IMG/VR virus record: IMGVR_UViG_3300031993_000020
Source of the DNA: an uncultured virus (IMG/VR IMGVR_UViG_3300031993_000020)
Taxonomy: Duplodnaviria > Heunggongvirae > Uroviricota > Caudoviricetes
Strand: one strand, 5' to 3'
Length of the DNA: 64,000 bases
Shown here: one piece after another, positions 1 through 11,000 of the stretch
Position numbering within the stretch: position 1 is the stretch's first letter
How the letters are laid out: the number at the start of each line of letters is the position of its first letter
Program-made: the position numbers and the translations under genes
The notes under the pieces: model-generated
Database searches by the model: none
What the model saw: the letters and a program-made list of their open reading frames with translations, nothing else
What the model was told of the DNA's origin: nothing

Positions 1-1042
1 CTAAGCGAGCAACTACTTTTATAAGAACGGGTACTAATTTGCTTCTGAAGAACGATCTGAATTTAGCAATCGGGTGTTTCCATCCGGCTTTGGGCCACTT
101 CTTCAGTGCAGATTCAGCACATTCTTCTACAATATTACTCTTTCCAACAACACTTGCAGCGAACTGAATCTCTTCTGAAAGCATGCTCATAAGAGTAAAA
201 AACGACATCATCTGAAAAGGTCCACTTAGTAAAGTTGTAGCTAGGGTCCAATATTCCTTCAATGAACCAGCATGTAGCTCATTTACGAAATCCCCGAACT
301 CAACTTTCATCTGACCCCAAAAACTATTATCGAGTCTATCAGCGTCCGAAATCTCAATCAGATCATTTTTTTGAATTTCGGATTCTAACTCCTCAGCTTT
401 CTGTTGTAAAATTTTTGCTTTTTGGATCAACTCTCGGGATTCTTCATCGTTTAAGTCCTGTAAGTCGCCAAGCTTAAAGAAATTACTCTTCGAAGAATAC
501 TGAGATTCTGATTTGTCTTCATTCTTAGGACCTTCCTTAGGTCCTTCTTCTTTACTTTTTTTCTCGGAAACAGAATCAATTCCTTCACTATTTTCTTCTG
601 CTTCGTTTAAATCGTCTAAGCCAAATTTCTTTGGTTTTTCTTTCTTTTGTTCTTCTGGCTTTACTACTATTCTGGTGTTCTCAACCTCTTGCTTTTGTTC
701 TCTAAAACCCATCCAAGAGGCTCTTTCTCCTTTAAATAGCTCCGGATATCCAGTAGAAAGCACATCTCTCGCTGTATATTCAGAACCAGCCATAATCTTG
801 CCGACTTGCTCAATAATTTTACGGTTTCTGTTCTGTAAATCAGCTAAGAGCTTTTTCTGCTTTTCACTTAATTTCGATCTCGCTTCACGTTTCTTTAATC
901 GGACAATTCTAACACCGTTATTTTCAAAAGCCTTGAAAATATCTCTGCTATGTTTCGTCCTCTTCCGAAACTCTCTAATAGAAGAGAGATCGGAGGCGAA
1001 ATTATAGGTGCTTTTAGAAACCAGTTGAAAATTTTTAATCAT
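1..1042 (-). CDS. Hypothetical virion/head protein, truncated by the window edge (begins MIKNFQLVSKSTYNFAS)
   Basis: ATG at 1042 after a GAGG RBS. The frame is open in the stretches I translated, down to position 1. N-terminal NF/NFA motif like its neighbours. Missing from the ORF track because it is partial. Confidence 0.7.
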   Translation of the reverse strand, partial: MIKNFQLVSKSTYNFASDLSSIREFRKRTKHSRDIFKAFENNGVRIVRLKKREARSKLSEKQKKLLADLQNRNRKIIEQVGKIMAGSEYTARDVLSTGYPELFKGERASWMGFREQKQEVENTRIVVKPEEQKKEKPKKFGLDDLNEAEENSEGIDSVSEKKSKEEGPKEGPKNEDKSESQYSSKSNFFKLGDLQDLNDEESRELIQKAKILQQKAEELESEIQKNDLIEISDADRLDNSFWGQMKVEFGDFVNELHAGSLKEYWTLATTLLSGPFQMMSFFTLMSMLSEEIQFAASVVGKSNIVEECAESALKKWPKAGWKHPIAKFRSFFRSKLVPVLIKVVARL

Positions 1043-1069
1043 AATTTCGCCTCACGATTCGAATATACA

Positions 1070-2227
1070 TTAAGCAAGAATTTCTAAAGCTCTGTGTCCA
1101 ACAGTATCCAAGGCGCTGGCGCGTTGAGCTCCGGAACCAACGTCAATAAGTGCACGATTCTTGAACTGAGTAATAGCCTCGTCCAAAATGGGGCCTTTGA
1201 AGGGATAGAGAATAGCTGATTTCAGTTTGAACCAGAATTTATTGCTTCTCTCGAGTTCTTTCACAACAGCAGCTAGACGTTTTTCAGCATCAATGCTGGT
1301 CATTACGCCACCGGCACCAAAAAGAGCACCGACAGCGGCAAGACCGGCAAGAGCTAAAGTGGTCAGAAGAGAATCGCCATCTTTCTGAATAGAAATGAGC
1401 TGTCCGAGTTGTTTGTTAGCTTGGAGTTCTTGCACGTCCTCAATAATTTCAGCATCAACAACTTCATCATTAGAAAAGTACACTTTAGTCACATTGCTAA
1501 AATGTTTCATTTTAACGAGAGACGACAATTTATCCCCAGCCGTATTGACAAGAGCTAAGCCCTGCTCTTTCAGAGTTGGAAACATCTTTTTAGCTTTATC
1601 AATCGTCTTGAGAGCGGCTTTTTCACCGGCCTTCGGCGCACCGACTGCATAAGCAGCACCTAGACTACCAGCACCACTAGCAAGGCCAAAACCAGCCAGT
1701 GCGGCTGTGTTGGCCCGCATCTCTGCCAGCATCCGCATTCCTTCAGCTCCATATTGAGCCAATCCTGGACCAAATATTTCAGTTAAATACGCCTGAACAG
1801 CACCACCAATCAGCCCCAATGCTGAGAAATACCCTAAAATACTACTGCCAGCAAAAAGCGAAAACTTTTTAAACTGACGCCAAATTACGGAAAGAGGTCC
1901 TAATTTGCTCTGCAAGGCTTTTACAACCTTATTCAGCCGGTTTTGTACCATAGCAGCATTGGCTAAACCTGCTGTACCCACAGCAAGACCAGAAGCTGCA
2001 AGACCAACCAGTACAGCGTTAGCAAAAGTGTTGGGGTCACTACTAACTTTAATCAGAACCTTATTTTTTTCAAGATTTTCACCTGGTTTTGCAGGGAAAT
2101 TATCAGCCAAGACATCTGAGGGAATACTCGCCAATTTCATGGAAACATCAGCAGTATACGGAGCAATTGTGACACTTGCAGGTGAAACAGACACATCAGC
2201 AAAGTTGCGACGTTTAATTCTCTTCAT
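1070..2227 (-). CDS. Putative internal head/ejection protein with Gly/Ala-rich hydrophobic segments
   Basis: 385-aa ORF with GGAGG RBS, leader MKRIKRRNFAD and several TM-like helices. Confidence 0.6.
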   Translation of the reverse strand: MKRIKRRNFADVSVSPASVTIAPYTADVSMKLASIPSDVLADNFPAKPGENLEKNKVLIKVSSDPNTFANAVLVGLAASGLAVGTAGLANAAMVQNRLNKVVKALQSKLGPLSVIWRQFKKFSLFAGSSILGYFSALGLIGGAVQAYLTEIFGPGLAQYGAEGMRMLAEMRANTAALAGFGLASGAGSLGAAYAVGAPKAGEKAALKTIDKAKKMFPTLKEQGLALVNTAGDKLSSLVKMKHFSNVTKVYFSNDEVVDAEIIEDVQELQANKQLGQLISIQKDGDSLLTTLALAGLAAVGALFGAGGVMTSIDAEKRLAAVVKELERSNKFWFKLKSAILYPFKGPILDEAITQFKNRALIDVGSGAQRASALDTVGHRALEILA

Positions 2228-2239
2228 AATAATACCTCC

Positions 2240-2326
2240 TTATCGAAGAGCATCTAAAAATTTATATCCAGCAGAATCAAGCGCTTCGATAGGTTTCTAA
2301 CCACAAGCAACATCAATGATCCGCAT
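2240..2326 (-). pseudogene. C-terminal remnant of a paralog of the 385-aa gene
   Basis: Translates MRIIDVACG*KPIEALDSAGYKFLDALR*, collinear with LIDVGSGAQRASALDTVGHRALEILA at the end of 1070..2227; contains an internal TAG. Confidence 0.6.
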
Positions 2327-2328
2327 GG

Positions 2329-2357
2329 TTGACAAAACAATAATAGTTGGCTACTAT
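2329..2357 (+). promoter_or_regulatory. Sigma70-type promoter for the homing endonuclease gene
   Basis: TTGACA (2329-2334), 17-nt spacer, TACTAT (2352-2357); predicted start about 2364-2365. Confidence 0.7.
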
Positions 2358-2364
2358 AATAACT

Positions 2365-2450
2365 GCGAGGCTAGATCGGCCAATCGAAAAGGAGACCTTA
2401 TCCAGCTCCCTGCCTCGCTCTAATTAAAACGGATAAGCTAAGGGATAAAG
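2365..2450 (+). ncRNA. Cloverleaf-like leader RNA with a loop complementary to the RBS region (c4-antisense-like architecture)
   Basis: Closing stem GCGAGGC/GCCTCGC (2365-71/2412-18) with two inner hairpins. Loop CTTATCC is complementary to GGATAAG (2431) and GGATAA (2443) just before the ATG. Confidence 0.55.
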
Positions 2451-2452
2451 CA

Positions 2453-4168
2453 ATGAGTTGTACAGAACGGATTAAATGCCCCTGGTGTAAATTAGAAACC
2501 ATCAAAGCATCACTTCCTAAACACCTAAGAGTCACACATCAGAAAACGCCGCTTGAATATTTTCTACATGTTAATGGTTTAACTGAACAGGACGTTCCTA
2601 AATGTGAATTCTGCGGGAAAGACTGTGATGCTACGATCTCTGGATTTCAACCGACATGCGGTAATCCCGATTGTATAAAAGAATGGCACCACAGAAATCG
2701 TTCTTTATCGCTATCTAAACGGCACAAAGAAGCCATTGCGAATGGCACACATAACTTTCTGAAGCATAATCTCGCCAGAGATGAGAATGGAAAATCTATC
2801 AGCAATGTCAAAGCAGCAAAGAAAGCTGTCGAAAGCGGCAAATGCTCCATCTTAGCCAAGAACAGACCACGTGATGAACAAGGCAATGACCTCTTAGCCA
2901 AGAAAATAGCTGCTGCACAAATAGAAAAAGGTGTTTTCTTCGGTGGCCATGACCTAATGTCTGAAAATGCTACCAAACGGAATTTAGACCGTTCAGTAAC
3001 TGGCAATCACCAATGGTCAAAAGATAATCTAAAGCTTAATGCTGACGGTAAGAGCATCAACCATGTAAAAGCTGCGCAGACTCAGATACAGTTGGGAAAC
3101 TTCCCCGGTCTTGGCAGATGTGATGCTCATATCTTACATAAAGATGAACTCAATAAAGAGACCTTTGAAAGTAAGTTCATCATTAACGGTCGTTTTAAGT
3201 TTGATCTATGCTGTCAATATTTTAACTTATCTGCTCCTACGATCAAAGCCAAGAAACGTGAGTTTGGTATAACGGCAGTAAATGATTCTAATCGACATAT
3301 TCAACAAAACCAAGTGTATGATTTTTTAAAAGAAATATACGAAGGTTCAATTGTGTCAAACACAAGAAGTGTCATCCCAAATCTCGAAATTGATCTTTAT
3401 CTACCTGACCAACACCTTGCTATTGAATATGATGGACTAAAGTTTCACTCGACGGGTTATAACTATAACGGAGACATGGTCGTTGTCGATAAATACTATC
3501 ATCTCGATAAAACAATATTATGCGAAGAGCGAGGAATTCAACTGCTACATATCTTTGATATCGAATGGATGTCCAACAAAAGACATATCTGGAAAGCAAT
3601 GATACGCAGACTTCTGAACAAAGTCACCGTAATTGATTCAGATGTGTGTCGTGTAATAACCGATATCAAAGATATAGAGCAATTTTTAAATGAGAATCAC
3701 ATTCAGGGCTATGCGGTATCTAAATATAATTATGGCCTGATATATGATAATCAGCTTATAGCTGTTATGTGTTTTAATGAATCTAACACTAAAACCGCAG
3801 ATTATGAACTAGTCAGATATTGTGAACTATGCGATTATACTGTTTCAGGTGGAGCGCAAAAACTCCTAGAAGCTTTTCGTGTTACTCACTCTGGAACAAT
3901 AGTCTCATACGAAAACAGACGCTGGGGACAAGGAAGACTTTTACAAGAATTAAGTTTTCAAAGACAAGTCACGTATGAACCAGAGTATTACTATTTCAAG
4001 ACCAATGATTACATGAAATTATACACACGACATGGCTTCAAAAAAGAACGCTTAAAAGGTCGTAAAGATTTTATATACGACGAGTCACTTTCCGAAAAGG
4101 AAAACATGTTCAATAATGGCTATATGCTAGTCTATGATTGTGGTTCTTTTGAATATGATCTGCAATAA
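2453..4168 (+). CDS. Free-standing homing endonuclease (Zn-ribbon, repeats, PD-(D/E)XK/DUF559-like nuclease, Hef-like C-terminal region)
   Basis: CPWC/CEFC/CGNPDC zinc motifs, EIDLYLPDQHLAIEYDG nuclease motif, NHIQG...ELVRYC...GGAQKL C-terminal domain; inserted against the operon direction. Confidence 0.75.
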   Translation: MSCTERIKCPWCKLETIKASLPKHLRVTHQKTPLEYFLHVNGLTEQDVPKCEFCGKDCDATISGFQPTCGNPDCIKEWHHRNRSLSLSKRHKEAIANGTHNFLKHNLARDENGKSISNVKAAKKAVESGKCSILAKNRPRDEQGNDLLAKKIAAAQIEKGVFFGGHDLMSENATKRNLDRSVTGNHQWSKDNLKLNADGKSINHVKAAQTQIQLGNFPGLGRCDAHILHKDELNKETFESKFIINGRFKFDLCCQYFNLSAPTIKAKKREFGITAVNDSNRHIQQNQVYDFLKEIYEGSIVSNTRSVIPNLEIDLYLPDQHLAIEYDGLKFHSTGYNYNGDMVVVDKYYHLDKTILCEERGIQLLHIFDIEWMSNKRHIWKAMIRRLLNKVTVIDSDVCRVITDIKDIEQFLNENHIQGYAVSKYNYGLIYDNQLIAVMCFNESNTKTADYELVRYCELCDYTVSGGAQKLLEAFRVTHSGTIVSYENRRWGQGRLLQELSFQRQVTYEPEYYYFKTNDYMKLYTRHGFKKERLKGRKDFIYDESLSEKENMFNNGYMLVYDCGSFEYDLQ

Positions 4169-4192
4169 ATCAGCACATTAAAGAAAAGAACA

Positions 4193-4218
4193 CCCCGGTG
4201 AGCTCTTGCTCACCGGGG
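4193..4218. terminator. Bidirectional intrinsic terminator between the convergent HEG and capsid genes
   Basis: Hairpin CCCCGGTGAGC-TCTT-GCTCACCGGGG with an A-rich flank that gives a U-rich tail on the minus strand. Confidence 0.75.
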
Positions 4219-4258
4219 AAATTCCACGATACTAACCTAAAAGATCAGTTTAAATTAA

Positions 4259-6064
4259 TTACATACCCATACCGTAGGCTTTGATTTTGCCATGGATGGC
4301 CCATTCAGGCACAACGGCTTTGCAAGCAGTCTGAGAGAACAGAGCCTGGCTCAATTCCCCAGGGTTGTTGCAATTGACGGCGGGAAGAGTACTATACGGC
4401 GGCAGGTAGTCACCCATAGCAACAGGAGCAGCCTGACCATCAACACTCTTGAACACACCGATAACAGTACCGGTACCCACAGCTTCATAGCCCTTCGGGG
4501 TATCGCTGTCTTTGCCATTCAAATAGGTATTACGAACAACCGGGATGGATTTGTAAGTACCGATCAGACCATCACGACGCATGGTGATAGCAGGATCAGC
4601 CACGAAGTTCTCTTTATCAGAGGCATACATCAGACCAGCGGTCTCATCAACGATAAGAGCGGTGACAGGAGAACCAGTCCGATTCAGGAACTTGGCGCAG
4701 AGACGATCGGTGAAGAGGCTCAGACGATCGTTCTTGGTGGCCACGAAGTTGGCGAACGGGTTAGCATTAACATTATCAACACCAGCGCCATCACCAAAGC
4801 CACTCAAGTCGAGAATCATCGGGTCTTCACGACTGTCGAGCATCTGGACGCCTTCCCACAGTTTACGGACGATCAAGGTATCGATGAAGTAGGTGTACAG
4901 AGCAACGATCTGGTCGATAGCCCGTTTACCAAAGTCAACGTTCACGCCATACTGAGCGTTCTTACGCAGAACTTTGTTCATCTGGGCCTGAACTTCGATA
5001 CTGGACTGCAACACAACGCGGTTTTCAGTCGAAACGAGTTCGGTACTCTCGATGTAGGGTTTCAGTTTCAGAGTATGAGCGCCATTTTCTTCAGCAATAC
5101 GGTCGATGCAGACATTAACACTGACTTTGACATCAGAAAACACATGGACTTTATCACCAGCAGCTTGGGTAGCACTAACGTGAGTGGTTAAACCAAGGGC
5201 TTCAGCAATAGCCAGCATAGAACCGGTTTCCGCAGTCAGCGCACCAGTAGATTCGGCACCATTAGTACCAGCAAGTACATTACCAGTAACGCTACCATCA
5301 TTGATATTAATGGTCACATTACCAACAATACCAGCGTCAACTTGAACCAGCCGAATATTGCCGTCAGGACTCTGGTTACGAGCGGCATCAAAGGCAACAA
5401 TTTTCTTGAAGTGAGTTTTGGTACCGGCTGTGGCAGCGGAAGCACCAGTAGCGGTATACTCGACATAATCGCCCTCAACAACGATTTTGGTTTCACCAAT
5501 AACAATAGGAGTATTATGAAGAGAAGACGAAATAGCAGCAGCGCTAGCTGGCCATTCAGCACCCTGTTCAACGTCAAACGCATCTTCACGAGCGCTGTCA
5601 CGGGTGAAGTCGATACCCTGCGGCATACCTTTACGAGGATCAACAACGCGCTCGTTGGCTTTAACACCACCAGCGGTTTTTAGAGCACGGAGACCCTGGA
5701 AGCTGATCTGCTGAGCGATGCTGTCCATAGCACGTTCCATGGCGATGTAGGTCAGACCATGAGAAGCAACGGTGGTAGCAATGGCGATATCAGCCACATC
5801 AACATCACGAACGGAAGCGAGGTCAGAGGCCGAGAAGTTACGACGGCCAGCAGCACGCATACCATTAGCGATAGCGTCATTCAGAGAGAATTTGGTGGTA
5901 GAACCGAGGTCCAGGAAGTTACCAATCGAGGTCAAAATACGATCAGCAGTCAGAGAAAAACCTTTCTCATCACGGATCCGGTTGTTACGGCCCTGCAAAG
6001 ATTTGCGAGCGAAGTTGAGTTTAGCACCGACATTGTTCATAGTGTTAGAAAAATAATTACCCAT
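4259..6064 (-). CDS. Major capsid protein (T4 gp23-like/HK97 fold)
   Basis: 601 aa. C-terminal GLIGTYKSIPVVRN...IGVFKS.DGQAAPVAMGDYLP resembles gp23-type capsids. Strongly biased codon usage, position after scaffold genes, followed by a terminator. Confidence 0.8.
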   Translation of the reverse strand: MGNYFSNTMNNVGAKLNFARKSLQGRNNRIRDEKGFSLTADRILTSIGNFLDLGSTTKFSLNDAIANGMRAAGRRNFSASDLASVRDVDVADIAIATTVASHGLTYIAMERAMDSIAQQISFQGLRALKTAGGVKANERVVDPRKGMPQGIDFTRDSAREDAFDVEQGAEWPASAAAISSSLHNTPIVIGETKIVVEGDYVEYTATGASAATAGTKTHFKKIVAFDAARNQSPDGNIRLVQVDAGIVGNVTININDGSVTGNVLAGTNGAESTGALTAETGSMLAIAEALGLTTHVSATQAAGDKVHVFSDVKVSVNVCIDRIAEENGAHTLKLKPYIESTELVSTENRVVLQSSIEVQAQMNKVLRKNAQYGVNVDFGKRAIDQIVALYTYFIDTLIVRKLWEGVQMLDSREDPMILDLSGFGDGAGVDNVNANPFANFVATKNDRLSLFTDRLCAKFLNRTGSPVTALIVDETAGLMYASDKENFVADPAITMRRDGLIGTYKSIPVVRNTYLNGKDSDTPKGYEAVGTGTVIGVFKSVDGQAAPVAMGDYLPPYSTLPAVNCNNPGELSQALFSQTACKAVVPEWAIHGKIKAYGMGM

Positions 6065-6335
6065 AATAGGTCTCCTTCGACTGAGTTCATCCCAGTCATT
6101 TTTAAATTGTGAATTTATGGCGGTAACTCATCGTACTTGACTAAAGATGAGCTTCAATATGCACACCACGTGCAAATATTGATTTGATGTATATGGAAGA
6201 TCCGCCGAACTTCTAAAAAAGGAACTAAAGGAACAAAAATAGAAGCGAAACAGTACGCACGAAGCTATATTCAACTATATATCTTCCAGAATATGCTTCA
6301 TTGTGCTCCTGTCTATATTAGTTATGTGATTCGTA

Positions 6336-7988
6336 TTACCGAATGTATTTATCACCCAAGAGACGATACAGGCCCTTCATGTTCTGAGCGGGCTGAGCTT
6401 TCTGCTGTACTGGTTTACGAGTGTTAGCGAAATTCTTCGCAGTAGCACCCATCTGACGACGATGCAGCGAACGACTGAAAGCCTGCGGATTGGCCATCGG
6501 AGCAACCGGAGCAACAGACTGCAAAGCACCAGCCTCGTCTGCATCATCATAGACGATAGCGTCAGCCTGAGCTTTCGCCATAGCATCACCAACGGTAGCA
6601 GCGGACAGAGTGAGCTCGCCGGGAGCAGCGTCATAACCAGACATATCATCCTGCACAATACCACTGTTGTCAGCGATAGTAGAGTCGATTACATCGTTGT
6701 AAGCAGCACCCATGGAAGCAGGATCCACACTAGTCGGAGCGGTAACAGCCGGAGCAATACCCATCAAGTCAGCAGGCAATTCGCCAGCTTCAGCTTTATC
6801 AGCCACTTCTTCATACATTTCCGGATGAGCGATATCAATACCGGCTTCTTCAGCTTCGATGATTTCGTTAGGAGTATTCACTTCTTCGATATCAATTTCG
6901 CCTTCTTCTGCGAAATTCTTCAGCTGTCTCTTAGCTTGGCGTTTTAGAGAAAACGCTTTGGCTTCGGGAATCAATTGGATGCCACCGCAGTCATTACCAC
7001 AGGCGATCTCATCTTTCAACGCCTGAACGAACTGCTGGACTTTATCGAGAGCGGCGAGTTCTGATTTTGAAACTTTAGCTTCGCCATCATACTGCAAAAC
7101 ATTACATTTAAGAGCAGGAGCAAAAGAGGCAGCAGGAACGCAAGCGGCTTTCAGTTGCTCAGCGATTAAAGGTTGACATTCAGGCTCACAAATAAACCAG
7201 TCTCTGGTTAATTTGTTAGCTAACATATCGCAAGCAGCGTCGTTGCTAAAAGTCTTGCGAACAGTGCGATTTACTTTCATATTTTTTACTCCATAATTTG
7301 AGAATGAATGAGAACCAGACTCTGTTTGATTCATATTAATAGCTGGCACAATAGGTGTACTATTAGCTCGAGCAGCAGCTAAAGCGTTTTGATTAATTTC
7401 TGCTGCGTGTTCGTCCCGATATTTCATGTCTTTCTGAATTTGTTGATTCAGCAAAATATCGGCTTGACTATATTTCTTTTCATCCGGCGTATATCCGCGC
7501 CAAGAGTCGACCAGACCAGTAAAAGCGCCTTTAATTTTATCAAGGAACCCGGTAGGTTCAGCCCCTGGGAATTTTGCGAGTACTGCAGCACTCTTTTCGG
7601 GTGTTTTCTGACCATTAATGGCAGCTTCCCAGAATTTTCTTACAGTACCTGTTGTTTTTGTTGTATTAGCATCATATTCAGGAACACCATTATAGTCGAT
7701 AGCTAAAATACATCTAGCAAAATAAGTTACAGCTCTAGTCAACGCTTCATAGTCGGTCTGAAGAGCACTAGTGTCATATGTAGTGTTAATTCCGGCATCA
7801 ATTACTGTTTTAAGGTCTTGAGCTTTTGCTCGAGCAGCGTTATAATAAGAATAAAGCAGTGTTAGTAGAGCTTTTCTTCCAGAAAAAGAATCCAAAAATT
7901 CAATAGCTTCAGCTTGATTGGATAATTCACTTTTCAAAGAAGAAGGTGACAAGAGTCCCTCAAGTGAAAAATTTTCTTTTGTAGTCAT
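6336..7988 (-). CDS. Prohead scaffold/core protein (probable start MTTKENFS at 7988)
   Basis: GGAGG RBS before 7988. Acidic, multiple NF[SA] motifs, C-terminus PGELTLSAA...LLGDKYIR shared with the next gene; immediately upstream of the capsid gene. Confidence 0.6.
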   Translation of the reverse strand: MTTKENFSLEGLLSPSSLKSELSNQAEAIEFLDSFSGRKALLTLLYSYYNAARAKAQDLKTVIDAGINTTYDTSALQTDYEALTRAVTYFARCILAIDYNGVPEYDANTTKTTGTVRKFWEAAINGQKTPEKSAAVLAKFPGAEPTGFLDKIKGAFTGLVDSWRGYTPDEKKYSQADILLNQQIQKDMKYRDEHAAEINQNALAAARANSTPIVPAINMNQTESGSHSFSNYGVKNMKVNRTVRKTFSNDAACDMLANKLTRDWFICEPECQPLIAEQLKAACVPAASFAPALKCNVLQYDGEAKVSKSELAALDKVQQFVQALKDEIACGNDCGGIQLIPEAKAFSLKRQAKRQLKNFAEEGEIDIEEVNTPNEIIEAEEAGIDIAHPEMYEEVADKAEAGELPADLMGIAPAVTAPTSVDPASMGAAYNDVIDSTIADNSGIVQDDMSGYDAAPGELTLSAATVGDAMAKAQADAIVYDDADEAGALQSVAPVAPMANPQAFSRSLHRRQMGATAKNFANTRKPVQQKAQPAQNMKGLYRLLGDKYIR

Positions 7989-8090
7989 AGATAAACCTCC
8001 AAGATATAAAAATATAACTCTGGGCACTAGATAATCCATATTTCAGGACCACCTAGTTGGCCCAGAATTATAAAAAAGATTTACCTATAA

Positions 8091-11000
8091 TTATTTAATA
8101 TACTTGTCGCCGAGCAGTTTCTGCAAAGAAGACATACGGCTCACGGGCCGACGAACAGCACGACGGGCACGAGAGAAGTTGCTTTCGCCTTTCAGTTGGT
8201 CGACACCGTGCAGAACGGCCAAGTCATTCTGAATAGCCATAGCCTCACCGGCATTGGCAGCAGACAGGGTCAGTTCACCAGGTTTGGAATCATACTGATC
8301 AGCATATTCGCTCTGCATAATCGATTCGTCATCAAGCATGGAGTCCATAACATCGCTGTCGGAGCCCCAGTGAGGAACTTCGGTATCTTCGCGAGTCGGA
8401 GCAACAACGGCAGGAGCTTCAATACCGGCATCATCGGTATCATATTCAGCGCCTTCAGCCTCAAACTCTTCTTCGCCACCTTCGTTATCAACGGTGTCAG
8501 CTTCCATATCCCACTCTTCATCAGGCAGTTCTTCAGCGTCACCGGTGTCTTCATCGTTCTCCATAGCGAATTCATCATCGCCACCTTCGAACTCTTCATC
8601 GGTAGCCACGTCTTCCATACCTTCATCTTCGGCAGGAGCCTCAATCATTTCCTCGTCGACTTCTTCCTCTTCCTCTACAGGAGCATCTTCTCCGTCTTCA
8701 GCGAAGTAATAACGATTGAAGGGGTTAGCCCGTTTCTTCTTCGAAAAAGCTTTCTTTTTACCGCAGAACATATTGTTGTTGCCACAGTAATCTTCTTCAG
8801 AAAGATCATTGAGGACCCACGCTTCAGAATCAGTCATGCCATCGACAGGGTATTCATCGACAGGGTATTCAAAGCATTTAGAAAAGTTTTTCGGGTTCTT
8901 TTTCAGTTTTTCAACGGCAGAGTAGTACCGACGCATAGCAATCTTGATACGGCGGAGATTGTTGAGGTCTTCAGCGTAACGAGCGCGGGAGAAAGGCACA
9001 ACTTTCGCCTCAGGGTCACTGGTTTCGCCAACCGCATTCATATAGGACTCAATATCACCACTATTAAGCAGCGCACGAAGAGCATTGATCATACCATTGC
9101 TCTGATCGTCGACTGCGTCTTTGAGCTCGTCCCAAGCATTGCTAATTTTATCTCTGGTCTGTTGGTCTAAATTCTTATTGTTTGCAATTTTGTTCTTAAT
9201 AGAAGCAATTCGCTCGTTGATTGTTTGAGAATTTTTACCAAGCAAAGCACGCAAGGCATTCATAGAAGCTACAGTATCATTTTTCTCATAATCGAGAATG
9301 GTGTTAGCAAGCGTCTCAAATTTTATACGGGCTTTCAGATCGGGAATCATACTAGCAGCGGTAATAATTTGGGCTTGCAAGAAACCGCGATTGCCAGTAA
9401 TTTTACCGAGAAGACCTAACAGTTTCAGACGGGCTTTATCGAAAGAATTAAGAACTTCATGAGCCTTGGTAATATCGGCTTTTCGTGCTTCGCTACCGAA
9501 TTTCTCCTGAGCCTTCTTCCATTCACCGCTTCCGAAACCAGCAAACAACTCGCTCATAAGAGCACGGCTGTTGCCACCAAAGTACTCGGCGATATCACGA
9601 GCAAAACTGTCGAACTGGGCCTTTTCAGCATGTTCAAAATCGAAGCTTAACACTTCATCATAAAGAGCCTGGAGATCTTCTTGATTCACAAGCATATCTG
9701 CGGAACCGATAACATTTTTGATAGAACTCAGCTGAGCGTGCATATCACTCAGATATTGTTGCACCATCGGAAACACTTCGGTTTCGAGCTTCGTTAAAGT
9801 GACATCAGATAAAGGACCGCCTTTTAAAGCTTCGCCTAACTTACCCCATGCGGCTGTCATCTGTTGAGTAGCCTTATCTGCGGGAGACACGGCCTTACTA
9901 TTCAAAGCACTAATAACCTCATCGATATGTGTCATACTGGGGTTATCGCTCGTGCAAACGTCCTGCAGTGTTTCAGCGCTGACTCCGTGGCTCTCAACGA
10001 AGCGCACACAATCTTGTTCACCTTCTTTTGTACAAGCAGCCCAAGCATCATAACCACGGCACATAGCAGCAAGAGCAGTAGTAGTATCGCGTTTACGAGC
10101 AGCTACGATCATATCCTTAATAGATGCATATAACCGTTCAACATTCTTAGCAGCAGCACTAATATCAGCAGCAGTATAGGCAAGAATTGTCATAGAAAAA
10201 GCATCAATAAGAGCTTTCCCAACTTGATTCATAGGCATAGACTGTGCAAGAGCATAATCCGGAGGAGGTGCTTGCAACCAAAGATTCTCATAACTCTTAA
10301 TAACAAGAGTCTCGAATTTTCCAAAAGTAAGCTGATTGCCCTCTTTACTATGAATATCACTATAGGCACTCTGGAAATCTTTAATCATAGAATTCATAGC
10401 AAATTGAGAAATTGTTTTAAAAGCAGCCTGGTTGAGATTATTAATATAAGTAACATCAGAACCGTCAATATAACTGTCACTGCTAGCGTTAGCTAAAATA
10501 CAGAGACCTCTAAGAAAGCTCTGAAACGGTTTTACCGGCAGAGCTTTTTCAGAATCCCAGACTTGAGCAATAACAGGAGAACTGATGGCTTCTGTTGCCA
10601 GAGGAATAAAGGTCAACGAATTTTTCACAGAATTCAAATCTGGATAGATCGTTTCATTATCAAGCGCTTGACGGAAGTTAGGAACGTCGATACCAGCCCC
10701 ACCAGAAACATGTAAGTCGGTTGCGGCAGAAGCCTTTTCCCCACTCTTATTCATGTTATTCATCTCTTCGTTAGACATCTCTTTTGCGGTATCAGTATTG
10801 GTATCAGCTATCGCATCATAGGCACTATCAAAATTCCAACGACTAAAATAACGAGATTTTCTCATATTAATTCCTTTCAAAGAAGCGTTCATTGTACCGC
10901 TTTCTAATGTAATATTGTTTGCTAACATTTCATCCTGTACTTGATTAGAAGCCTGTTGCTCGTTGTGAGCGTCAATTACTGACTGTACAGGAGTTTCAGG

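Noticed and set aside
2297..2299. In-frame TAG as evidence of stop-codon reassignment
   Set aside because: Genes are long and intact in the standard code and several end in TAG; the fragment is better explained as a pseudogene
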